Assembly (NCBI GenBank): GCA_963665815.1
Contig: OY762463.1
Span: 3,776,001 to 3,840,000 of the forward strand
Length of the DNA stretch: 64,000 nt
Direction of reading: 5' to 3'
Origin: Candidatus Cloacimonadales bacterium
GTDB lineage: Bacteria > Cloacimonadota > Cloacimonadia > Cloacimonadales > JAIOQZ01
Both the position numbers and the translations under genes were made by a program. Shown here one piece after another: positions 47,115 through 56,864 of this stretch (positions are counted from its first letter, which is position 1; each line of letters starts with the position of its first letter). The notes beneath the pieces were generated by a model. That model was given only the letters and a program-made list of their open reading frames with translations, did no database searches and was not told the DNA's origin.

Positions 47115-48362
47115 ATGAAAAGGACTTCATTTATTGCTATAATGCACAAGCAATTTATATGTGTATTATTTCTATTTCTTGCAGTGAATCTTATTTCAGT
47201 GCAAAAAGTTAATATTATATCGCTTAGGAACAGCAACTCTAAGCAGTGTTACAGAAAAACTGAAGAGTATAGATTCGATGAAACGATTAGAAGAATTGCA
47301 CTTGGTCGCGAAAGTGTAAATAATAGTGGTGATTTAGTAATGGCAATACACAAAATTAAAGAGTTAAAAGAGTTACAAGAACATAATATTGGGAAAAGGT
47401 TATATTTGTTTGGGGAAAATTCCAATCTGATTAGTGTCAGGGATTTTCCTGCAGATATTAATGTCATTGCTTCTAAACGGGGCACATATATAGGAACAGT
47501 CAAAAATGAGTGGAAAGATGACTATAATAATCCTGAATCATCAGTTGGAGATATATACAAAATTGAGAATTACTCAATGAAGAAGGTTATTAGTAACTCA
47601 AATTCATTGACTAATCTAGAATTATATGACTCCGGGTTTGCTCTGACAAAAGATTCTATTTTTAACATAGATAACGGGCAAAAATTCCAAGGTTTGCGCA
47701 AGGCGATATTAGATATAGATCATTCATATGAAGCTTATGTCGATATAAAATCCATTGATAACAATTTTGTACTAGAAGTTTTGGTTGATGAGAATCAACA
47801 AGTCATTGAAAAGTTCAATGGTAATGTCGGTATAGATTATCTTAGTTTATTGGGTGAGGTAACAAGATCCATCGAGTTACCTATACAATATCTTCATACA
47901 CATAAAAAATCGAGTAGTGGAAAGTCTCATTTTTTTTCAGGACTAGATGAACGCAACAAAAAATATCATTCTTATATATTTGATAATAACGGTAATCAAA
48001 CATTTCATCAACCAATTTATTATACGAGTTTCAATTTTTCTGTTTCAGAGGACATAGCTGTTGCTAATACTTTTACCAGATCATTTGTTTTGGATTTAAA
48101 AACAGGTAAGGCTATTTATGAACTTCCTCTTGGTAATTATGCTGTATCAGATCATAACGCTGGTATTGCAGTAGAAATATGGAATGAAACGGTATATATA
48201 TATGATCTTAAGAACAGTAAATTGTTGTTTAAAGATTACTTGAATATAGAAACTAAGAAATGGGAACTATTTACTCAGTGTATACAAATCTCTGGGGACG
48301 GAAGGGAAGTATCTGTATTTTATAATAGTGTGTTCAAAAAATATAGACTGGAGGGCAAATAA
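47115..48362 (+). CDS. Hypothetical exported protein (beta-propeller-like)
   Basis: RBS ggggga; hydrophobic N-terminus; YDLK/LDLKTGK and ISGDG repeats. Confidence 0.6.
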   Translation: MKRTSFIAIMHKQFICVLFLFLAVNLISVQKVNIISLRNSNSKQCYRKTEEYRFDETIRRIALGRESVNNSGDLVMAIHKIKELKELQEHNIGKRLYLFGENSNLISVRDFPADINVIASKRGTYIGTVKNEWKDDYNNPESSVGDIYKIENYSMKKVISNSNSLTNLELYDSGFALTKDSIFNIDNGQKFQGLRKAILDIDHSYEAYVDIKSIDNNFVLEVLVDENQQVIEKFNGNVGIDYLSLLGEVTRSIELPIQYLHTHKKSSSGKSHFFSGLDERNKKYHSYIFDNNGNQTFHQPIYYTSFNFSVSEDIAVANTFTRSFVLDLKTGKAIYELPLGNYAVSDHNAGIAVEIWNETVYIYDLKNSKLLFKDYLNIETKKWELFTQCIQISGDGREVSVFYNSVFKKYRLEGK

Positions 48363-48419
48363 TGAAGCGCATATTTTGGTTACTCAATCTAACTTTTCTT
48401 TATGTATTGTGTGCTGCTT
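48362..48419 (+). pseudogene. Signal-peptide fragment of a gene interrupted by the IS3 remnant
   Basis: MKRIFWLLNLTFLYVLCAA begins overlapping the upstream stop (TAATG) and is cut at the IS end. Confidence 0.55.
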
Positions 48420-48750
48420 TGAGCCTACCCCATATTCTGTACCATGTCTAAGTTTAGTAAGTTTGAGTTATCCTGTTTGATTTCATTTTCATAAGTCAAG
48501 AGATATTCTTTGGGAGACATCATATTAAGAGAACTATGAGGTCTTTCGTTGTTATAACTTTCTCTCCATTCATTTATTACATTTCTTGCATGATTTAGAT
48601 TTAGAAATTCCGATTGATTAAGACATTCATTTCTGAACTTACCATTTAAACTTTCCACAAAAGCATTTTTCTGTGGCTCTCCCGGAGGGATGAAGCACAG
48701 TTTTACATTATGTTTTAGTGAAAATTCAGACATTGCTTTGGATCTGAATT
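48420..48750 (-). mobile_element. IS3-family (IS407-like) remnant: transposase C-terminus plus one terminal IR
   Basis: PGEPQKNAFVESLNGKFRNECLN...YNNERPHSSL; IR tgagcctaccccatattctgtacca; 5' part deleted. Confidence 0.85.
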
Positions 48751-48803
48751 AAGTTTCTTTGTGAAGGTGAGTTTATAAGAATCAAAATCAAGGAGAATTT
48801 GAA

Positions 48804-49542
48804 ATGGAAAAAAAGGGAAAGCAAAACAACCTATTTTTTTTAGTAGAATTCGAGCCAACACACTTTTATTCTTTTTGATTCTACTTTCTTCAAGTTTTTA
48901 TATTAAATAGTGAGTGTACACCATGTCCGGATTATCCAAGATGTGACAGTTGCGATGGAATTTTAAGGACAAGAATTGTTAGATTCTGGTGAGTTCGAAT
49001 CTGCTCTGGTATATAAGGATGGAAGAGTGTTAACAGGTATAAGTTTAGGGTGCGATCTTAGCCCTGATTTCTGGTCGGCTGATGGTTCAATGATGGTATC
49101 ACAAAGTGGAGATTTAATAGATGTCGGAGTGGGCAAAAAATTAATGAGAATAAAAGGTACGGGTAGACCATCCAATAAACATGCAGGCAGAGTCCTTGTA
49201 AGGGATAATAATCGAATCAAAGTTTATGATATTAAGACAAAAGAAATGGTTATTACATTTGGTTTGGGAGGATTATTAGGTAATCATTGGAGTATATCTG
49301 GTGATGGAACAGAAGTTATTGCCGTCTCAGTAAATGAGTACTTGAAAATCAAAAATTGGAGGCAGGAAATGAGAAAATTTTCCTACTTTGCTTTGACAAT
49401 GCTGTTCATTTTGTTCTCGAACTTAATTCATGCTGTTGTATGTACTGGTAACCCACCATGTGACCAAATTGGTGAAGGTCTTGGACATCAAAGATTTTGG
49501 GTTGGAGATAATATAGCAGGCAAAAGAATTATTATAAAAAAA
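48804..49542 (+). pseudogene. Fused fragments of several exported-protein genes
   Basis: Frameshifted start ending ...ECTPCPDYPRCDSCDG..RFW; propeller C-terminus ...WSISGDGTEV; second start MRKFSYF...CTGNPPCDQ..RFW cut at the tRNA. Confidence 0.5.
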
Positions 49543-49618
49543 TGGTACACCTGCAGGGATTCGAACCCGGGACCCACTGATTAAGAGTCAGTTGCTCTGC
49601 CAGCTGAGCTACAGGTGC
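49543..49618 (-). tRNA. tRNA-Lys (CTT)
   Basis: gcacctgtagctcagctggcagagcaactgactcttaatcagtgggtcccgggttcgaatccctgcaggtgtacca. Confidence 0.92.
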
Positions 49619-49873
49619 ACAAAGAAATAGATTTCCATTATATTTTATGGATATTTTTTGTCAAATTTTAATTCATAATTCAGGTGTTTCAGGGACAAAT
49701 AAGCACTTAGTCTTTAAAATAGTAAGGAAATGCAAATTTTAATTTGACAATATTGTGATTTCAGTCGATAAACTTTACATATTTAAATGTTATAATGTAT
49801 TCGAAATTATAATATAAACGTAGTTAATTGTTGATTCTATTAACAATTGATGCGAAATCGAAGGAGTCAAAGT

Positions 49874-52800
49874 ATGAGAAAACTAATGTTAGTTCTGTGC
49901 TTACTTCTTTCTCTGTCTTTATTTGCGGAATATATTCCGTTTGAAGGGGGGGATGCAGAAGTATTCTTCAGAGTAACCGAATCAAATTCAAATTATACTG
50001 AATTTGAATTCACACTTCCTGGTATAGAAGTTTATCAGGAAACTGTTAACCACGTAACCTATGACCGCTTCTACAATGAGTTCGTTGGGTACACTCAAGA
50101 AGCCGGTTATCCGGAACTTCCTGTATTTTCAGCAATGCTTGCTATTCCAAATACAGGTTCATGTAATCTGGAAGTATTGAGACAGTCACAAATGATTCAC
50201 AACGGATTGAACATTTATCCTTCACAAGGTTGGGACATCTATAATGAAGTTGATGATTTCATTATCAATACTAATTACTATACAACTGGTAATGAATCTG
50301 GATATAAAAAACAACCTTTTACAGTAATCAGTGATCCTGCAATTATGCGTGATTTCAGAGTCGTTAACGTATCAATCAATCCATTCAATTATGATCCTGT
50401 AACAAGAGAACTCACAGTTCAATCAAGAGTATCTTTAAGAATTAACCATACTCCTGAGGCAGGTATCAATGAACTTCATTCAAGTAGAAAAAGATCAAGA
50501 TCATTTGAACACCTTTATCAGGGAATGATTCTCAATTATGATGAATTCTGTCGTGTAGACAATCCTGATTATCATCAAAGAAGTATGATCGTTGTTTATG
50601 CTGATGATGATAATCTTGAAACTGAACTTGATGCATATATTGAGTGGAAGAAAAACAAAGGATTCTATGTAAGAAAAGTTAGAGCTAATGACGATGGTGC
50701 TGGTACAAGTTCTTCTTCAATCAAGGCATATATTCAAAACATATATGATAATGAGGAAAACCCACCTGAATATATCGTAATTATTGGTGACGGAAGTGGA
50801 AGCTATTCTATTCCTGTATTCTCATATGGGGATCATAACTACACAAAACTTGATGGAAACGATATTCTTCCTGAAGCTTTTGTTGGTAGAATCTCAATTG
50901 AGTCTTTAACTCAGTTTTCTCTTTTCCTTGCAAAAATGAATCTTTATGAAAGAGATACAAGCATTAACCAGAACACTTACGATAAGAGTCTCATGGTCGG
51001 TGATACATCACCATCAGGATTATCATGTGTGTTAACAAGTAAACATGCAATGGAACTCATCCGTAAATTTGACTGGGATCATCAATTCGATGAACTTTAC
51101 AGTGGTAACCCAAGCCCAACAGCTATGGAAAGCTCAATGAATCCTGGAACCTTATTCTGGGTATATCGTGGATACCTTGGTATGAGTGGCTGGGGTGCTT
51201 CAAATGCTGCTGCCCTTACTAATACTAACAAGCTTACAAACGCTGTAATCAATACTTGTTCATCAGGTACATTCGCTTCAGGTACTTCCAATACTGAAAC
51301 TATTTTCAGAGCGGGAACACCTGCTGCTCCTAAGGGATCAATCAGTTCAATCGGTATGGCTACATCAGGCACTCACACTCAATTGAACAACTGTCTTACA
51401 AATGGTACAATGCATGGTCTTTATGCTGACAACATGTCGAACATGGGTGAAGCAATCATGCGTGGTAAACTTACACTTTATAACACATTCTGGAATGTCA
51501 GTGGTGCTCAAAGCAATGTAAACTCTTTCACAGAATGGAATAACCTTATTGGTGATCCAACTCTTGACGTATTCAGAAAACCTCCGACAGATATGGCTGT
51601 AGCTTCTGATGCTCAGATTCCTGTCGGACAGGAATACTATTCCGTATATGTTGAAGACGAATACCTTAATCCTGTTGAAGGTGCCTGGGTTACTCTTCGT
51701 CTTGGTGATGATCTTTTCGGATCAGGCTACACAGATGAAAATGGTAACGTAACACTTCATTTTGAAGGTGGAGCTTCCGGAGATGCTTCACTTGTTGTTA
51801 CAAAACCAGATCACAATCCGGTTCTTTCAACCGTAAGCCTTTCAGGTGATGGTATTGTCAGTGTATATGATATGAGCATTGATGATTCAGACGGTAATGA
51901 TGATGGATTTATTAATCCTGGTGAAGAAGTTGAAATGACTCTTCAAATTGAAAACTTCAGAAGTACTCCTGTAATGGGACCAAATGTTACAATCAGTACA
52001 ACAACCCCTGGTGTTATTGTAACTTCAGACAACAGTGTATATAATGATCTTTATATCGGTGGTCACGTTGACTCACATACACCTTATGTATTTACTGTTG
52101 CTCCTGACTTCCAGGCTCCCGGAACAATCGAATTCGATCTTTCCGTTGAAAATGCAACAACAGATGATGTATGGACTACAAAATTCTGGGTTGATGTAAA
52201 AAATCCTGAAGTTGATGTTACAGGTTTCACTGCAGTAAACGGATCAAATATGACACCTGCTCCTGGTGAAATGGGAACACTCTCTGTTGAGTTAACCAAC
52301 ATGTGTCCTACAACAATCAGCAATGTTTACGGAAGACTTACTTCTGCTAATGCAGCATTTGGTATTATGGATGATATAGCTCAGTTTGGTGATCTTATTC
52401 CAAATCAGCCTGTATCTACTTTAGAGCCATTCGGAATTGTTTTAGGTGAAGAATTATATCCTGGACAACATGTTAAGGTAATGCTTGAACTATTCAATAA
52501 TAACGGATATAGAGACGTTAAAGAAATCGAAATAACTGCAGGAAGTAACACTTCTCTTGGTCTTGTAACAGGACCGGACGAATACGGATACATTTGTATC
52601 GAATCATCAGATACTCATCCACAAGCACCTACATATAACTGGATTGAGATTAATCCTTCAGCTGCAGGTGGATTACCAGGAACAAATGCAGGTCTTATTG
52701 ACACCGGTAACCATGATGAAAATAATGGAATAAACAATTATATTCATTCATTCCAATTACCTTTCCCTATCAGATTCTATGGTGTTGATTATGATTCCAT

Positions 52801-54481
52801 CAGTATCTCATCAAAAGGTTTTGTGACATTCGGTGGTCAAGATTCAGATCAACCTTATTTCAGAAACTACAACATTCCTGATGCAGGTGGTCCATCACCA
52901 ATGATCGCAGCAATGTGGGATGATATATATGTTGGTTCAGGTGGAGTATATTACTACTATGACAATGTAGAAAACTACTACATCGTAGAATGGTATAACT
53001 GCCCTAATAACAATGGTGGAAACGAAACAATGCAAATCATAATCTATGATCCAATGTATTACCCGACATATACCGGTGATGCAATGATCAAGATTCAGTA
53101 TTCAAGTTTCCAAAACACAGACAGCAGCTATCAAATTTCAGGAGATCAGGGTAACTATTGTACAATCGGTCTTCAGAATCATGTAGGTAATGTTGGTCTT
53201 GAAATTACTTATGGAAATTCATGGGCGACTAACTGTGGAACAGTTTCAGCAAATACAGCTCTTCTTTTCACAGTAAGTCCACAAGTTCTTGAAAATCAAA
53301 AACTTCTTTTAACAGATAAATTTATTGTTGATCATATGGGTAACCTGAATGCAATTCTTGATTCAGACGAGCAAGTTTCAATGGTATTCAATATTCAGAA
53401 TATCAGTGAGGTTCAAGCAGATTCAGCAAACATCACACTTACTTGTGATAACACTGGTGTTGCTATTGCAGCAGTTCAATCAGGAATTATGCCGCTTGAA
53501 AGTCATATGGCTCAACAAGCTGAATTCAGCGTAACAACAAATGCAAATGTTGCTGCAAACACTGTAGTAGAATTCACACTTGAAATTGCATACAACGGAA
53601 CAGTTGAAAGCTACAAGATCCCTGTTGAGATTGGTGTAGATGCAATGCCTTCCGGAGCAATTGTCGGTACAGTTACTGAAGGTACTGTTCGTGAATATGA
53701 TGGTATTTACATACAAGCCGGAAGTTTCATGGGATATCCAGAAGCGGCTGGTTCTTATATGTTCTACGTAACTCCTGGTGATTATCTTGTGAAATGTAAC
53801 CTTAATGGTGCATTTGCAGATCAAGAATATAACTTAACTATCAACACAAACGATATTTTGTATAACACTGATTTCGTACTTAGTGAGTATCCTGCACCTA
53901 CAGGTCTTGAAACTAATGGTGTTGCAGATGCTACAGTAGAAACCGGTGGATATGTTAAGTTAGACTGGTCATTCAATGAAGTAACCGAAGCAATGTTCCA
54001 ACACTTCAATATCTACAGAGAAGTGGAATCTAACTTTGTTCTTGTTGGTACAACAACAGATACTACTTACAATGATGTTGTTCCTGCAAATACTCATTAT
54101 AACTATCATGTAACTGCTCAGCACCTGTTTATGGAAAGTACTCCTACACAAGATGTTGACGGACACTGGGTATTAGTGGGCTCTGAAGATGGTGTAAACA
54201 ACTATACAACCTTCATGAGCAAAAACTATCCTAATCCTTTCAATCCATCTACAAATGTGAAGTTTGGTCTGAAAGAAACAGGAAAAGTTGAAATCAAAAT
54301 TTACAATATCAAAGGTGAACTTGTAAAAACAGTAGTTAATGAAGTTGTAAGCGCCGGTAAGCATCAATTCACATGGCATGGCGTTGATAACAGAGGAAAA
54401 GCAGTTGGTTCAGGTGTTTATTTCATCAAAATGAAATCTAAAGAATTCAACCAAGTACAAAAATCTGTTCTTCTCAAGTAA
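49874..54481 (+). CDS. Peptidase C25 (gingipain-like) protein with propeptide, Ig-like/FN3 domains and FlgD-Ig/T9SS-type CTD
   Basis: RBS aaggag then MRKLML; G.PELP propeptide; WKKNKG, IIGDG, VGRIS, NLIGDP; NYPNPFNPST CTD. Confidence 0.85.
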   Translation: MRKLMLVLCLLLSLSLFAEYIPFEGGDAEVFFRVTESNSNYTEFEFTLPGIEVYQETVNHVTYDRFYNEFVGYTQEAGYPELPVFSAMLAIPNTGSCNLEVLRQSQMIHNGLNIYPSQGWDIYNEVDDFIINTNYYTTGNESGYKKQPFTVISDPAIMRDFRVVNVSINPFNYDPVTRELTVQSRVSLRINHTPEAGINELHSSRKRSRSFEHLYQGMILNYDEFCRVDNPDYHQRSMIVVYADDDNLETELDAYIEWKKNKGFYVRKVRANDDGAGTSSSSIKAYIQNIYDNEENPPEYIVIIGDGSGSYSIPVFSYGDHNYTKLDGNDILPEAFVGRISIESLTQFSLFLAKMNLYERDTSINQNTYDKSLMVGDTSPSGLSCVLTSKHAMELIRKFDWDHQFDELYSGNPSPTAMESSMNPGTLFWVYRGYLGMSGWGASNAAALTNTNKLTNAVINTCSSGTFASGTSNTETIFRAGTPAAPKGSISSIGMATSGTHTQLNNCLTNGTMHGLYADNMSNMGEAIMRGKLTLYNTFWNVSGAQSNVNSFTEWNNLIGDPTLDVFRKPPTDMAVASDAQIPVGQEYYSVYVEDEYLNPVEGAWVTLRLGDDLFGSGYTDENGNVTLHFEGGASGDASLVVTKPDHNPVLSTVSLSGDGIVSVYDMSIDDSDGNDDGFINPGEEVEMTLQIENFRSTPVMGPNVTISTTTPGVIVTSDNSVYNDLYIGGHVDSHTPYVFTVAPDFQAPGTIEFDLSVENATTDDVWTTKFWVDVKNPEVDVTGFTAVNGSNMTPAPGEMGTLSVELTNMCPTTISNVYGRLTSANAAFGIMDDIAQFGDLIPNQPVSTLEPFGIVLGEELYPGQHVKVMLELFNNNGYRDVKEIEITAGSNTSLGLVTGPDEYGYICIESSDTHPQAPTYNWIEINPSAAGGLPGTNAGLIDTGNHDENNGINNYIHSFQLPFPIRFYGVDYDSISISSKGFVTFGGQDSDQPYFRNYNIPDAGGPSPMIAAMWDDIYVGSGGVYYYYDNVENYYIVEWYNCPNNNGGNETMQIIIYDPMYYPTYTGDAMIKIQYSSFQNTDSSYQISGDQGNYCTIGLQNHVGNVGLEITYGNSWATNCGTVSANTALLFTVSPQVLENQKLLLTDKFIVDHMGNLNAILDSDEQVSMVFNIQNISEVQADSANITLTCDNTGVAIAAVQSGIMPLESHMAQQAEFSVTTNANVAANTVVEFTLEIAYNGTVESYKIPVEIGVDAMPSGAIVGTVTEGTVREYDGIYIQAGSFMGYPEAAGSYMFYVTPGDYLVKCNLNGAFADQEYNLTINTNDILYNTDFVLSEYPAPTGLETNGVADATVETGGYVKLDWSFNEVTEAMFQHFNIYREVESNFVLVGTTTDTTYNDVVPANTHYNYHVTAQHLFMESTPTQDVDGHWVLVGSEDGVNNYTTFMSKNYPNPFNPSTNVKFGLKETGKVEIKIYNIKGELVKTVVNEVVSAGKHQFTWHGVDNRGKAVGSGVYFIKMKSKEFNQVQKSVLLK

Positions 54482-54499
54482 GAACTGATATAATATATG

Positions 54500-54532
54500 A
54501 ACGGCTGTAGATTTCTACAGCCGTTTTTTTAT
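54500..54532 (+). terminator. Intrinsic terminator
   Basis: aacggctgtag-attt-ctacagccgtttttttt. Confidence 0.85.
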
Positions 54533-54729
54533 TACTTCCAACAAGATATTTTAACCATTTTCTAAATTGACTATTTTTTCCGACAAAAGTATTGGAAGCA
54601 TAGATTTGCAAAATACTGAATACATTGTAATATCGGAAACTCACTCTTATTTCTTAACAACCTTAAATAAAAGAAAATAACTAATTTGTTTTGACAATAA
54701 TTTGTAGTAACAAAAACTGACATAATTCA

Positions 54730-55083
54730 AAAATACAAAGATTATTGCATAATCAAATGAAACAATGCTTTGTTGATGATGCCCGGGAATATTCCTGACA
54801 TACTATGTAAAACAAAGAGTTTACACTCTTTGATGCTTGTATTGATTTATTGGATAGCGAAAATTAGTTCGCTTTATAGTATAGGGAGGATTCTTTGACA
54901 GATTCAGGATTACGTCGTTTTGACGTTTTATTTACACTGTGAAAGTGGATTAAATTTCGATGAAAGTTAAAAATTCATGGAGAAACGCGTTGAACTTCAT
55001 ATCATAAGTTATTTTTTTTTAGATGAATTTCTGACTTTCATCAATAATTGGATTTATGCATTGATCAATACATGGAAGGATAA
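54730..55083 (+). promoter_or_regulatory. Long structured 5' leader of the DEAD-box helicase
   Basis: Several hairpins plus long-range stems 54959-54978/55023-55042 and 54838-54846/55064-55072. Confidence 0.55.
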
Positions 55084-56787
55084 ATGATTAAATTTAATGA
55101 AATGACTCTCAAAGAAGAGTTAATGAAAGCTATTTCTGATCTGAACTTTGTTATACCGACAGAGATTCAACAGAAGTCAATTCCCTGGTTACTTGAGAAT
55201 AAGCACGATCTAATTGCATTGTCTCAGACCGGATCTGGAAAAACAGCAGCGTTCGGTTTACCGGTAATAAATACTATTGATATGAATTCAAGAGATATTC
55301 AGGCAATGATATTATGCCCTACTAGAGAATTATGTCTTCAGATAACAAATGATTTCAAAAGTTTTTCAAAATATATGAATAACTTCGATATCTGTGCTGT
55401 TTACGGAGGTGCATCAATACAGAATCAGATAGATCAGCTTGGAAAGGGTGTAAATGTTGTTGTTGGTACCCCCGGAAGAGTTTTTGATTTACTGAAAAGG
55501 AAAATTCTTAAGGTTGATGCAATTGACAAACTGATACTGGATGAGGCAGATGAAATGCTGAATATGGGTTTCAAAGAAGAATTGTTCGGCATTATGAAAT
55601 TCACACCAAAAAACAAACAGACTATTTTGTTCTCAGCTACTATGCCGCAAGATGTAATCCGTATGGCAAGAGAGTTCATGCATGATCCACACAAAATATC
55701 TGCCGGACACGAAAATAAAGGTGCAGAAAATATCAAACACTATTATTATAAAGTTCATGCTCGTGATAAATATTATACTCTGAAAAGAATTGCCGATATG
55801 AATCCGAGAATATATGGTATTGTATTTTGCCGCACAAGAAAAGAGACTCAGGAGATAGCAGAAAAGCTCCAATCTGATAACTATAATGTAGACTCGCTTC
55901 ATGGAGACCTGTCTCAGAATCAAAGAGAGCGTGTGATGAACGGATTTAGAAAAGGGCATATTCAATTACTGATTGCAACTGATGTGGCTGCAAGAGGAAT
56001 TGATGTTGATGATCTGACGCATATTATTAACTATCATCCACCGGAATATCCCGATGTTTACATTCACAGATCCGGTAGAACAGGTAGAGCAGGGAAAAGC
56101 GGTACATCCATAACGATTATAAATTATCGTGAAGAAAAGAGGATGAAGCAGATAGAAGCTAAGCTTGGCAAGCCTATATTAAGGCAGGCTGTTCCTTCAG
56201 GAAAAGAAGTATGTGAAAAGCAATTATTCAATTTTGTGGACAAAGTAGAAAGTGTTGTTGTAGAAGAAACACAGATGGAAGGTTTCTTAAATGCAGTTTA
56301 TAAGAGATTAGAGTGGTTAAACCGTGAAGATCTGATTAAACGTTTTATTGCTGTTGAGTTCAATCAATATCTTGAGTACTACAAAGATGCTGCGGACTTG
56401 AACTATCCGGATGATAAGAAAAGGAAAAAAAAGAACAGTGATGATAATGTCAGCTTTACACGTTTCTTTATCAATATGGGATCATCAGATAATCTTACCA
56501 AAAAAGCTCTCATGTATCTTGTGAACAGGATAAAAGTGAAACGCAGCATAGATATTGGTAAAATTGAGATTTTGAGCAACTTTTCTTTTATTGAGATCGA
56601 TTCAAGATATGAGTCGAAAATACTTAAAAATCTCGGAAAGATGAAACACAATGGTATACAATTGCGAGCTGAAATAGCAGAAGAAAAGAAACCTGTTAGA
56701 AATTCCGATAGAAACACTGATAGAGGTGATGATAGAGGTAATGATAGAAAATATTCAGGTAAAAAAAGGAATAGAAAGAAGTATTAG
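55084..56787 (+). CDS. DEAD-box RNA helicase (DeaD/CshA-like, with DbpA-type RNA-binding domain)
   Basis: QTGSGKT, PTREL, DEAD, SAT, HRSGRTGR; RFFINMG C-terminal domain. Confidence 0.93.
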   Translation: MIKFNEMTLKEELMKAISDLNFVIPTEIQQKSIPWLLENKHDLIALSQTGSGKTAAFGLPVINTIDMNSRDIQAMILCPTRELCLQITNDFKSFSKYMNNFDICAVYGGASIQNQIDQLGKGVNVVVGTPGRVFDLLKRKILKVDAIDKLILDEADEMLNMGFKEELFGIMKFTPKNKQTILFSATMPQDVIRMAREFMHDPHKISAGHENKGAENIKHYYYKVHARDKYYTLKRIADMNPRIYGIVFCRTRKETQEIAEKLQSDNYNVDSLHGDLSQNQRERVMNGFRKGHIQLLIATDVAARGIDVDDLTHIINYHPPEYPDVYIHRSGRTGRAGKSGTSITIINYREEKRMKQIEAKLGKPILRQAVPSGKEVCEKQLFNFVDKVESVVVEETQMEGFLNAVYKRLEWLNREDLIKRFIAVEFNQYLEYYKDAADLNYPDDKKRKKKNSDDNVSFTRFFINMGSSDNLTKKALMYLVNRIKVKRSIDIGKIEILSNFSFIEIDSRYESKILKNLGKMKHNGIQLRAEIAEEKKPVRNSDRNTDRGDDRGNDRKYSGKKRNRKKY

Positions 56788-56864
56788 TACAATACGACAG
56801 AATATTCTTGACCTTATTTGATAGTAGGAAATAAATCTGAAAAATCATCTTTGAAGGATTACTT

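Noticed and set aside
48976..49584. 202-aa ORF as a real gene
   Set aside because: A chimera of fragments with an internal signal peptide, running into the antisense tRNA-Lys.
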